A stretch of DNA of 64,000 nucleotides from Candidatus Eiseniibacteriota bacterium. GTDB taxonomy: Bacteria > Eisenbacteria > RBG-16-71-46. Location of the stretch: assembly GCA_041483195.1 (NCBI GenBank), contig JBGPFC010000003.1, forward strand, positions 1 to 64,000, in the 5' to 3' direction. This document shows, in pieces, positions 42,292 through 51,260 of this stretch. The notes beneath the pieces are model-generated. The model worked only from the letters and a program-made list of their open reading frames with translations. It did no database searches and was not told the origin of the DNA. Each line of letters begins with the position of its first letter. Positions within the stretch are counted from its first letter, which is position 1. A program made the position numbers and the translations under genes.

Positions 42292-43203
42292 CTAGGGCTC
42301 CGCTCCGCCGGCCGCCGCCGGCCACGGCGGTCGCGTGTCGCGAGCCGGCCAGCGGCGCACGTCGTAGAGCAGCACGCACGCCGCGGTGACGCCCAGGATC
42401 GGGAGCCAGCCCTGGGAATGCGCGATGAGATCGCTCACGTCGATCTGTTTGGGCGAAGCGCGATCCATCGTCTCCACCACCCACGGCACGAAATTGTTCA
42501 CGGCGTGGCAGAGCGTGGGGACGACCAGCGATCCACTCCGCAGATACAGCAGCGCCATCAGCACGCCGAACGACGTGGCGCCGAGCGCGCGCTCGCCGTG
42601 GAGCATCCCGAAGATCAGGCTCGAGAACAGGAGCCCGCGCCACATCCCCCATCGCGCCGCCATCCGATGGAAGATCACGCCGCGGAACACGAACTCCTCC
42701 GTCGCCGGCCCCAGCAGGACGAGCGTCGTGAACGCGATCGCGCGCGCGATCGGGCCGAGCCCGCGGCCGACGACGTCGACGACCGCGAGACGATCGAAGA
42801 TCTTCTGTGCGACCTCCGGCCATCGGGTCGCGACCAGGACGAGCAGCGTCACCGCGAGCGCCAGCTCGAAGACGAGATGAAGCACCGTGACGCCGAGGCC
42901 CTCGAGCGCGTGCGCGCCGCGCGGCAGGGGCCCGAACATGCGATGCGGGGCGGGGCCCGTCTCCGCGAGGCTTGACTCGACGTACGCCCACAGCGCGACC
43001 GCCGCGTAGAAACCGAACAGCGTGCCCTGCATGAGCAACCCCGAGCGCGCCGCGTCGTGCGAACGCGTCGCGAGGGTGGCGATCAGCGCGCCGGCCGCGG
43101 TCATCGGCACGACGAACAGCGGCAGCGACGTCAGGCGGTAGCGCAGGAACGGGTCGCCGGCCGGGGCGGATTCCGTATCGAGCGGCGGCGCGGGGATGGT
43201 CAT
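42292..43203 (-). CDS. CPBP (CAAX/Abi) intramembrane metalloprotease
   Basis: EEFVFRG, FGMLH and HAVNN. Confidence 0.88.
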   Translation of the reverse strand: MTIPAPPLDTESAPAGDPFLRYRLTSLPLFVVPMTAAGALIATLATRSHDAARSGLLMQGTLFGFYAAVALWAYVESSLAETGPAPHRMFGPLPRGAHALEGLGVTVLHLVFELALAVTLLVLVATRWPEVAQKIFDRLAVVDVVGRGLGPIARAIAFTTLVLLGPATEEFVFRGVIFHRMAARWGMWRGLLFSSLIFGMLHGERALGATSFGVLMALLYLRSGSLVVPTLCHAVNNFVPWVVETMDRASPKQIDVSDLIAHSQGWLPILGVTAACVLLYDVRRWPARDTRPPWPAAAGGAEP

Positions 43204-43451
43204 GCGCGCATGCTAGCAAAGCGCGCGGGGCTCGACCCACAATCTGAAATGCGGAATCGCGCTGGTGCGGAAACCGGGCGGGCGTTAGCTTCCGCGACGT
43301 GCGGGCGGGCTCCCGTCCGCACTGCGGCCGCGGCAGGACGCCGCGGTGGCCGCCACGATTCAGGGCGTCCGAAGAGGTTGGCTTGGCCGCCCTCGAAACC
43401 CCTGGGACGTCGAATTCTTGGGCCGCCCCGAACGCAACACTCCCGGCCCAC

Positions 43452-45911
43452 ATGGAGTCCAGCCCTGCTTTGGACTTCAGCCGCGCACGCGATGTTCTGA
43501 TCTGGATTGTCGTCGCCGCGCTGGCATTCCGAGTCGCGCCAGTCGCGGCCCAAGCGGTGGACCCCTCATTCTGGGTGACGAACGGCTATGTTCTGTCGCT
43601 CGCGCGAAGTGCCAGCACACTCTACATAGGGGGCAGCTTCACGACCGTCGGGCCGCCGACCGGCGGGGGCGCCGCCTTGAGCGCAACCAGCGGCGAAGTG
43701 CTCCGGCCTTTCCCGAAGGTGGATGGGTCGGTTTACGCGACCATCCCGGACGGCACGGGCGGTTGGTACATCGGGGGCGCATTCACCTCGGTCGGAGGAC
43801 AGCCTCGCGCAAACATCGCCCATGTCCTCGCGGATGGGAGCGTCTCGGCATGGAATCCGGGCGCAAACTCCACGGTCCACGCCCTGGCCGCGAGCGGGGA
43901 CAGGGTCTACGCCGGAGGCGCGTTCTCCATCATCGGCGGGACCGGCCACGCCTCCCTTGCCGCCCTGGATGTGGCGGACGGAACTGCGGCCGCCTGGTAT
44001 CCGGACCCGAATGGCCTGGTCACCGCGCTGGCGGTGAGCGGGAGCACGGTCTACGCGGGCGGGTACTTCACCGGCATCGGCGGCCAGGCGCGGAACTGCG
44101 CCGCAGCGCTGGATGCGACGACCGGAGCCGCCACCGCCTGGAACCCGAACGCGAACGGCTGGGCCCCCTTTACCCGCGTCGGCGCCCTGTGGGTCAGCGG
44201 GAACACGGTTTATGTCGGCGGGTACTTCGCCGGCATCGGCGGGCAGGCACGCAACGGCCTCGCCGCGCTGGATGCCACGACCGGAACCGCCACCGCCTGG
44301 AACCCGAACCCAAACCCGGGCGGCGAGGTCGATGCGTTGCTGCTGAGCGGGAGCACGATCTACGTGGGCGGGGGCTTCAGCACCATCGGCGGGCAGACCC
44401 GCAATGGCATCGCCGCAATCGATGTCGCGACTGGAGCCCCCACCGCCTGGAATCCGGCTGCTGAGGGAGGCGTCTATGCTCTCGCGATGAGCGGCAGCAC
44501 GATCTACGCCGGCGGGACGTTTTGGAGCATCGGTGGGCAGGAACGCAACATCGTCGCCGCGCTGGATGCCACGACCGGAACCGCCACCGCCTGGAATGCG
44601 AACGCTGGCGGCGATGCTTACGCCTTCGGGTACGCGCTGGCCGTGAGCGAGAGCGCGGTGTACGTCGGCGGAAGCTTCAACACCATCGGCGGACAGGCAC
44701 GCAATTGCATCGCGGCTCTGGATGCCGCGACTGGAACCCTCACCGCATGGAACCCAAATCCGAATCTGCACGGCCTCGTCCAGGCCCTGTCTGTGGACGG
44801 GAGCACGGTCTACGCCGGCGGGCAATTCACCAGCATCGGCGGGCAGCCGCGCAACTGCATCGCCGCGCTGGATGTCGCGACCGGGGCGGCAACGCCCTGG
44901 AATCCGAACGCGGACTCGTACGTCACTGCTCTCGCGGTGAGCGGCAGCACGATCTACGCCGGCGGAAGTTTCGACACCATCGGCGGGCAGGCACGCAGCC
45001 GCATCGCAGCGCTGAATGCCTCCACCGGATTCGCGACCGCCTGGAACCCGAACGCGAACTCGGAGGTGAGCGCCCTGGCGGTGAGCGGGAGCACGGTCTA
45101 CGCGGGCGGATACTTCAGCTCCGTCAATGGACAACCGCACAGCGGCATCGCAGCTCTGGATGCCACCACCGGCATCGCGACCGCCTGGAACCCGAACGCG
45201 AACTCGGTCGTGAGCGCCCTGGCGGTGAGCGGGAGCACGGTGTACGCGGGCGGGTCCTTCAATTTCTTCGGTGGACAGCCGCCCAGCGAACTCGCCGCGT
45301 TCGATGCAGAAACCGGAACCGCCGCCGCCTGGAATCCGAACCCGGACAACGCCGTCTATGCCGTGGCAGTGAGCGGCACCACGGTCTATGCAGGCGGGGC
45401 CTTCCATTTCATGGGCGATTCGGCGCGCAGCTACCTCGCAGCCGTGGATGCGACGACCGGTGCCATCGCAGCGTGGATCCCGCGCGTGAACGAAGGTAGC
45501 TACGCTGCAGTCCGTGCGCTGGTGGTGAGTGGGAACACCGTGTACGCGGGCGGGCGATTCAATCGGATCGGCGGGCAGCTGCAGCCGAATCTGGCGGCGA
45601 TCAGGTTGGCCCCGACCGTCGATGTGCCGACGACTCCGGAGACGCACCCGCTCGCGCTGGCTCGCATCGTCCCCAACCCCGCGCGCTCGCTCACGCTGAT
45701 CCGGTTCACGTTGCCTGCGAATGGGATCGTGACGCTCGCGGTCTACGATCTCCAGGGCCGTCGCGTCGCTCTGCCCATCGACCGCGAGCGGCGGCAGGCG
45801 GGCGCACACGAGGTGGCGGTGCGCACGGCAGGCTGGCCGGCGGGCTGCTACTTCTGCCGGCTCGAAGCGGGGGGCGCGAGGGTGACGCGAAAGATGGTGG
45901 TGCTCGAATAG
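43452..45911 (+). CDS. Secreted tandem beta-propeller repeat protein with C-terminal sorting/FlgD-like domain
   Basis: 14 repeats of about 48 aa (VxALAVSGSTVYAGGxFxxIGGQxRxxxAALDAxTG..WNP); tail PNP...VYDLQGRRV...GCYFCRL...KMVVL. Confidence 0.85.
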   Translation: MESSPALDFSRARDVLIWIVVAALAFRVAPVAAQAVDPSFWVTNGYVLSLARSASTLYIGGSFTTVGPPTGGGAALSATSGEVLRPFPKVDGSVYATIPDGTGGWYIGGAFTSVGGQPRANIAHVLADGSVSAWNPGANSTVHALAASGDRVYAGGAFSIIGGTGHASLAALDVADGTAAAWYPDPNGLVTALAVSGSTVYAGGYFTGIGGQARNCAAALDATTGAATAWNPNANGWAPFTRVGALWVSGNTVYVGGYFAGIGGQARNGLAALDATTGTATAWNPNPNPGGEVDALLLSGSTIYVGGGFSTIGGQTRNGIAAIDVATGAPTAWNPAAEGGVYALAMSGSTIYAGGTFWSIGGQERNIVAALDATTGTATAWNANAGGDAYAFGYALAVSESAVYVGGSFNTIGGQARNCIAALDAATGTLTAWNPNPNLHGLVQALSVDGSTVYAGGQFTSIGGQPRNCIAALDVATGAATPWNPNADSYVTALAVSGSTIYAGGSFDTIGGQARSRIAALNASTGFATAWNPNANSEVSALAVSGSTVYAGGYFSSVNGQPHSGIAALDATTGIATAWNPNANSVVSALAVSGSTVYAGGSFNFFGGQPPSELAAFDAETGTAAAWNPNPDNAVYAVAVSGTTVYAGGAFHFMGDSARSYLAAVDATTGAIAAWIPRVNEGSYAAVRALVVSGNTVYAGGRFNRIGGQLQPNLAAIRLAPTVDVPTTPETHPLALARIVPNPARSLTLIRFTLPANGIVTLAVYDLQGRRVALPIDRERRQAGAHEVAVRTAGWPAGCYFCRLEAGGARVTRKMVVLE
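45031..45254 (+). repeat. Near-identical intragenic direct repeats (about 80 bp, 144-bp period)
   Basis: TCGCGACCGCCTGGAACCCGAACGCGAACTCGG..GTGAGCGCCCTGGCGGTGAGCGGGAGCACGGT.TACGCGGGCGG at about 45031 and 45175. Confidence 0.75.
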
Positions 45912-46026
45912 CCCCGACGCGGCGCGGCTCCCCTCCACGCCGCGCCCACGCTTTCGATCCGAAACGCTTAACCGGGACCCGCCGCGCGAGCGGCGAGCCC
46001 CGGCTCACGGAAGACGCGCAAAGGCG

Positions 46027-46605
46027 TCAGCCCGCTTGCGCGAACTTGATCTCCACGTCCTGCCGGTCGCTCTCCGCGACGTGGAACAGCTCCGCCGCCT
46101 TGAGCGCGAGCCAGTTCGCCACGATCGCGTCCGGCATCTGCTGGATGCGCGTGTTGAACGTGGTCACGGTGTCGTTGTAGAACTCGCGGCGATCCGCGAT
46201 CTGGTTCTCCAGCTCGCTGATCCGCCCCTGCAGCATCACGAAGCTCTGATCGGCCTTGAGCGTCGGGTAGGCCTCGGCGACCGCGAAGAACTGGCCCAGC
46301 GCGCGGGTCAGCATGTTCTCGCCATCGGCGCGCTGCGCGACGCTGCGCGCGTTCGCCACCGCCCCGCGCGCCTCGCTCAGCTTGTCGAACACCGCGCGCT
46401 CGTGCTGCATGTAGCCCTCGCAGGTCTTGACCAGCTTCGGCAGCTCGTCGTGCCGCTGCTTGAGCAGCACGTCGATGTTGGCCCACGAGCGCCCGATGTT
46501 GTTCTTGATCGCGACCAGGCTGTTGTAGATCGACACGATGTAGCCCACCGTGCCGACCACGATGAAGCCGATCACGACGGTAACGAGAATTTCTCCAGGG
46601 TGCAT
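46027..46605 (-). CDS. lemA: LemA family protein
   Basis: N-terminal TM, YNSLV, WANIDVLLKQRHDELPKLV, AEAYPTLKAD and ENQIADRREFYN. Confidence 0.93.
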   Translation of the reverse strand: MHPGEILVTVVIGFIVVGTVGYIVSIYNSLVAIKNNIGRSWANIDVLLKQRHDELPKLVKTCEGYMQHERAVFDKLSEARGAVANARSVAQRADGENMLTRALGQFFAVAEAYPTLKADQSFVMLQGRISELENQIADRREFYNDTVTTFNTRIQQMPDAIVANWLALKAAELFHVAESDRQDVEIKFAQAG

Positions 46606-46662
46606 CGCGAACCTCCCATCCTGGGTTTGACCGGCCGCCGGCGGCCGGGTCGTTGAGAACGC

Positions 46663-47460
46663 CTAGCCCGCCTTGAGCGCGTAGAGCCAGTAACCGAGTC
46701 CGAACAGCGTGGCGATCGGCCCGCCCACCAGCTTGAGCAGGGCCTGCGTGCCGAGCTGGAACGTGAGCATCCGCTCCGACTGCTCGCTGATGATGAACGT
46801 GGATTCGCCTTCGCCCTGCCGCACGATGGCGACCGCGTCGTCCTTCACCGCGCGGACGTGCTGCGCGCCGCCGCCGTCGGTGCCGGTCGCCGCGAACTCG
46901 TCGCCTTCCGCGATCGAGAGGACGCGCGAGCGCGGCGTCGCGGTGCCGAGCACGTAGATCGACTGCCCCGCATCGAGCATGCGCTCGCGGAAACGCATCG
47001 AGCCCATCTGCCACAGCAGGTGCCGGGGCCCGAGCGTCTTCATGTAGCTGGAGTAGGGCTCCGGGACGTTGATCCCGATGCACTCCTCGGAGACCCCGAA
47101 GTTGAGCGTGCAGCGCGCGCCCTTCGGATAGATCAGCGCGGATCCGGTCTCGTCGCGCAGGACGAAGGGATGGCCAGAGCTCTCGCGGTGCACCACCGAC
47201 CACGAGTTGTTCCGGCCCCGCGTCGAGATGTCGAGCTCCCAGTAGGCGCACGGCCGCGCCGAGAACGGCGCGGTGAGGATGCTGCGCGGCTCGACCGTGC
47301 CGCTGATCTCGACCAGCCCCATCGCCATCGAGCGGATGCGCGCGGTTGGCGTGTTCTGGATCAGGCGCTTGACCCGCAGGTCGCGGAATCCCTGCGCGAA
47401 GAGCCACGGCCCTGCCAGCAGCGAGAACCCCGCGAAGAACGAAACGTTGTCGAGCCTCAT
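46663..47460 (-). CDS. GIDE/BAM-domain-like membrane protein
   Basis: TM, IQNTPT, GLVEISG, LTAPFSARPCAYW, PFVLRDETG, RFRERML..G..IYVLG, FIIS, TM. Confidence 0.7.
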   Translation of the reverse strand: MRLDNVSFFAGFSLLAGPWLFAQGFRDLRVKRLIQNTPTARIRSMAMGLVEISGTVEPRSILTAPFSARPCAYWELDISTRGRNNSWSVVHRESSGHPFVLRDETGSALIYPKGARCTLNFGVSEECIGINVPEPYSSYMKTLGPRHLLWQMGSMRFRERMLDAGQSIYVLGTATPRSRVLSIAEGDEFAATGTDGGGAQHVRAVKDDAVAIVRQGEGESTFIISEQSERMLTFQLGTQALLKLVGGPIATLFGLGYWLYALKAG

Positions 47461-47464
47461 GCCC

Positions 47465-48295
47465 TCACCTCGGTCCCAGCGACCGCAGGTAGTCCGCGGT
47501 ATGCGCGAAATACAGCATGCCCAGCAGGCTGAGCGTGGGCCCCAGCACCACGCCCGCCGTGCGGGCGCGCGCGATCGCGAGCCGCGCGGGATCGGGCGCG
47601 TGATCCGAGACCAGCAGGAAGTTCAGGTGTTCGCCCGAGTCGATCCGCAGCTCGGGTTCGGTCGATGCGCCCGCCGCGCTCGCGACGACGACCGCGTCGT
47701 CGGTGCCGGTGCGCGCCAGCTCGGTTTCGGCCACGACATCGTGCGCCCTGCCCATGCGCGCGTAGCCCACGACGTGACACCGCGTGCCCACGAGGAGCGC
47801 GCGCTCGGTGAGACGCAGCTTCGCTCCGGTGCGCCGCAGCCACAGCGCCTCCGGCACGCTCGCGAGCAGCGCGTCGAGATGCTGGGTGAGCGGCTCGTCC
47901 GCAGTCACGTCGCGGGTCGCCGTCTCGGCGAGGTCCCAGCGTGCGTGCGTGACGTGAACGCGTGCGGTCACGCCCTCCGCTCCAATCCGAAACGGGCGGT
48001 ACACCTCCGCCGCGCGCATGACCGGCGTGCCGATCCCGCGCACCTCGAGGCGAAAGCCCGCGCAGGGTTCGCCGGAGAGCGGAGAGAACAGCGGGCTCTC
48101 GAGCGACACCTCGCCCTGCACGTGAACGAATCCGGACAGCGTGTCTGCCAATGAGGATTCCTTCATGGAGGAGAGCAGTCGATTGAGACGCAGCGTCCGC
48201 AGCCCGTCGCTGAAAAGCGGCGCGCCGGCGGCCACTGCCGCCGCGGCGAACGACAGCCCCGCCGCCGACGGATAGAGGAAGAGTGGAAGGTCCAT
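47465..48295 (-). CDS. Divergent GIDE/BAM-domain-like membrane protein (paralog of the downstream gene)
   Basis: TM, GFVHVQG, LFSPLSGEPCAGF, LRLTERALLVG..CHVVG, LLVSD, TM. Confidence 0.6.
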   Translation of the reverse strand: MDLPLFLYPSAAGLSFAAAAVAAGAPLFSDGLRTLRLNRLLSSMKESSLADTLSGFVHVQGEVSLESPLFSPLSGEPCAGFRLEVRGIGTPVMRAAEVYRPFRIGAEGVTARVHVTHARWDLAETATRDVTADEPLTQHLDALLASVPEALWLRRTGAKLRLTERALLVGTRCHVVGYARMGRAHDVVAETELARTGTDDAVVVASAAGASTEPELRIDSGEHLNFLLVSDHAPDPARLAIARARTAGVVLGPTLSLLGMLYFAHTADYLRSLGPR

Positions 48296-48307
48296 AGGCT
48301 CGGGGGG

Positions 48308-48335
48308 TTATCGGCGCGGAGTCCGGGCGAATGGA
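48308..48335 (-). promoter_or_regulatory. sigma28-like promoter of the GIDE-GIDE-lemA operon
   Basis: TCCAT-N15-GCCGATAA ending 12 nt before ATG 48295. Confidence 0.4.
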
Positions 48336-48414
48336 GTGGGAAGTTCGGAGTGGAACGCATGCCCATCGGCGCGGCGCGGGGGGCAAGCGTGGGCTTCCCC
48401 GCAGCGCGGGCGCT

Positions 48415-50604
48415 TCAGTCCACGCCCTGGGCCGCCGCCTGACTTCGGTGTCGCGCTTCGAGGAGATCCATCAGCGCAACGAAGCGCGGGTGGCTCCTCA
48501 GCGGATTCAGATTGCTGTCGTTCTGGAAATACCGCTGAGGGATGTTGCCTACCTCGACGCTCTTCTCGAGGTTGTCGAGCGCCTCGTCGATCCGGCCCGT
48601 CATCGCGAAGATGCACCCCGCGTTGTAGCGCGCCATGCAATCCCCGGGGTCGAGCCGCAGCGCCAGCTGGGTCCGTTCCAATCCCCGCTCGATCTCGCCG
48701 ATCGCGACCATGGCGTTGGCGCTCATGTAATACGCGCGGACATCGTCGGGACTTACCTTGAGGTGCTCGTCGGCATTGTTGATGGCGCGGCGGCGCATGA
48801 CCCGGGCGTCGGCCGCGCGTCCGAGATCGTCGTATACCTGGCCCAGCAGCGCGGCCACCTGGTAATCGTCGGGCCGGACCTCGGAGCCCCGCTCCAACAG
48901 CTGCGCCGCCTTTTCGAGATCTCCGTGCATGAACACTTCACGCGCATAGAAGAAGTCCGCCTCGTAGAGCCGTGGCTCCAGCTCCAGCGCGCGCTCGAAC
49001 GCGGCCACGGCCGCTTCGTGCCGGTCGAAGAGGCCGCAGGCGACGCCGTACGATACGTGGGCCTGAGCCAGCTCGGGGTCGAGCCGAAGCGCGGCCAAGC
49101 TCTCCTTCAGGGCCAGCTCGCGGTTCTGTTCGCTCGCATCGACATACATGTACACCAGGGACATGCAATCCGCGATGCCTGCGTGGGCCAGGGCATAGTT
49201 GGGATCGAGCGCGATGGCCTGGTCGAGCATCTTCCCGGCGAACGCGATTCCCCGCGCGCTGTGCTGGTAGAACATCTTCCGCCCGCGGAGATAGAACTCG
49301 TACGCTTCCGCAACGACCGTCGACACGCTGCGGATGGCGCGGCGCTCGCGCGGGCTCAACGTGAGCGCCAATGCCCGGACGACATTGTCCGCGATCTCGT
49401 CCTGGATCGAGAAGATGTCCTTCATCTCGCGATCGAAGCGCTCGGACCACAACGCGTAGCCGTCATCGACGTCCGTGAGCGTCACCGTGATCCGCAGCCG
49501 GTCACCCGCCTTCCGCACGCTGCCTGTGAGGAGCGTCTTCACTCCCAGCCGGCGGCCGACTTCGCGCAGCGCAATCGTCGTGTTGCGGAACTGGATTGCG
49601 GAGGTTCTGGGCACCACGTGCAGGTTTCGCACTTTGGTAAGCGCGTTGGCGATCTCCTCGGCGATGCCGTCGCAGAAATACTCTTCGTCCTTGAGCTGGC
49701 TCATGTCGGAGAACGGGAGCACTGCGATGGAGCCTTCGGAATCCGTCGCGACGCGCCGGGCGCGGTGTAACACCTCCAGCTCGGCATACAGCTCCCGCGC
49801 TGTTCCGAACCGGCGCGCAGGATCCTTCTCGAGACAGCAGCGGATCAGCCAGTCGAGATGAGCGGGGAGATCCGGCCGGAGCTGGGTCACGGGCACGGGG
49901 GCGTCCCTGAGGATCGCGGCCGCCAGTTCCATGGCACCCGCGCCCTCGAACGGCGTCCGGCCGGTCACCATCTCGTAGAACAGGGCACCGAGGGAGAAGA
50001 TGTCGGAGCGCTGATCGGACGGCAGTCCTCGGAGCTGTTCGGGCGACATGTAGTGAAGGGTGCCCGCGAGCCCCGGCCCTGCGCCCAGGGAAGCGGTCGG
50101 CGCGTCACTCGCGGGTTCGACCGGCGCGCCCGCCTCGTGCAGCGCCAGACCGAAGTCGAGGACCTTGATGCGCCCCGACTCCGTGATCATTACGTTCTGC
50201 GGCTTCAGATCGCGGTGCGTGATGCCATGTTCATGCGCCGCGATGATCCCCTCCACGATCGGGAGGGCGATCTCGAGAAAACGGGAGAACGGCATCCCCT
50301 CGGGTGGGATCAGACTCCTCAGCGTCCGGCCGGGGACCCACTCCATCGTGAGGAACTGAACGTCGCCCGCGCTCTCGACCGAGTAGATGGTCACGATCGC
50401 GGGGTGGTTGAGCACCGCGAGGGTCGTGGCCTCGTGCCTCAGCCGGGCGAGGCTCTCCGGCTGCGCTGCAAGATTGTCGCGGAGAACCTTGATCGCCACC
50501 GTGCGTCCGAGCGATCTGTCGAGCGCCTTCCACACGACGCCCATGCCGCCCTCGCCGACCCGTTCCAACAGACTGTAATGGGAAAGAACGTCGTCGACTT
50601 CCAT
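48415..50604 (-). CDS. Ser/Thr protein kinase with TolB_N-like domain and TPR repeats
   Basis: GEGGMGVV, HRDLKPQN, DFGLA, SIAVLPF...YFCDGIAEEI and TPRs. Confidence 0.92.
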   Translation of the reverse strand: MEVDDVLSHYSLLERVGEGGMGVVWKALDRSLGRTVAIKVLRDNLAAQPESLARLRHEATTLAVLNHPAIVTIYSVESAGDVQFLTMEWVPGRTLRSLIPPEGMPFSRFLEIALPIVEGIIAAHEHGITHRDLKPQNVMITESGRIKVLDFGLALHEAGAPVEPASDAPTASLGAGPGLAGTLHYMSPEQLRGLPSDQRSDIFSLGALFYEMVTGRTPFEGAGAMELAAAILRDAPVPVTQLRPDLPAHLDWLIRCCLEKDPARRFGTARELYAELEVLHRARRVATDSEGSIAVLPFSDMSQLKDEEYFCDGIAEEIANALTKVRNLHVVPRTSAIQFRNTTIALREVGRRLGVKTLLTGSVRKAGDRLRITVTLTDVDDGYALWSERFDREMKDIFSIQDEIADNVVRALALTLSPRERRAIRSVSTVVAEAYEFYLRGRKMFYQHSARGIAFAGKMLDQAIALDPNYALAHAGIADCMSLVYMYVDASEQNRELALKESLAALRLDPELAQAHVSYGVACGLFDRHEAAVAAFERALELEPRLYEADFFYAREVFMHGDLEKAAQLLERGSEVRPDDYQVAALLGQVYDDLGRAADARVMRRRAINNADEHLKVSPDDVRAYYMSANAMVAIGEIERGLERTQLALRLDPGDCMARYNAGCIFAMTGRIDEALDNLEKSVEVGNIPQRYFQNDSNLNPLRSHPRFVALMDLLEARHRSQAAAQGVD

Positions 50605-50916
50605 AGGCTCACCCGCGCTTCAGGTCCGTTCCGCCTCGATGCCCGCCGGGACCGGCCTGCCATTGAATCACCGGGAGTGCTGGTGCGGACGGACAGGTCA
50701 GCACTCCCTCGCGTGCCGCATGACGCCTGCGCAAGGAAGAACGATGGCACCCGGGGCCGCACGATTCAAGCCGGGTGCCGGACGGCGAGGGGCGCCGCGA
50801 TGGAGGGTCGTCTTTGCCTCGATCGTCGTGCTCCCCGCGCGCGGTGCTAGGGTTGCGCGGCCGCGCGTCCCGCGCAGCGGGCGCGGCCGGTTACGCCTCA
50901 TCCTCAGGAGGAACAC

Positions 50917-51231
50917 ATGCTGGTCTGTCAGTGGCATCTCGACATCGTCTTCGGGAAGCAGTCGGACGCGCTGCGCGTGATGCGCGCGTGGGGCAAGGAC
51001 AAGTTCGAGCACTCGGAATTTCGCCGCGCGAAGGGCGGGCGCGTGATGGTGGGCCACATCGGAGACTCGCCGTCGCACGTGGTGGACGAGTACTACTTCG
51101 AATCGCTCGCGGACTGGGAAGAAGCGATGAAGGGCATGGGCGGCGAGCGCTTCAAGCAGCACGCGGACGCGCTCGCGCCGTACGTGGTGGCGGGCTCGCA
51201 GCGGTGGGTGGTGTATCGGGTGGTGGAGTAG
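50917..51231 (+). CDS. Small hypothetical protein, possibly dimeric alpha/beta barrel (NIPSNAP-like)
   Basis: AGGAGG RBS; FESLADWE pattern; typical codon usage. Confidence 0.7.
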   Translation: MLVCQWHLDIVFGKQSDALRVMRAWGKDKFEHSEFRRAKGGRVMVGHIGDSPSHVVDEYYFESLADWEEAMKGMGGERFKQHADALAPYVVAGSQRWVVYRVVE

Positions 51232-51260
51232 CGGGGAGACGGAGCCCGCGCGACGGAAGA

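Noticed and set aside
43850..45560. Regularly spaced DNA repeats resembling a CRISPR array
   Set aside because: The period is about 144-160 bp, in frame and degenerate at third codon positions, so these are protein repeats; no cas genes are present.
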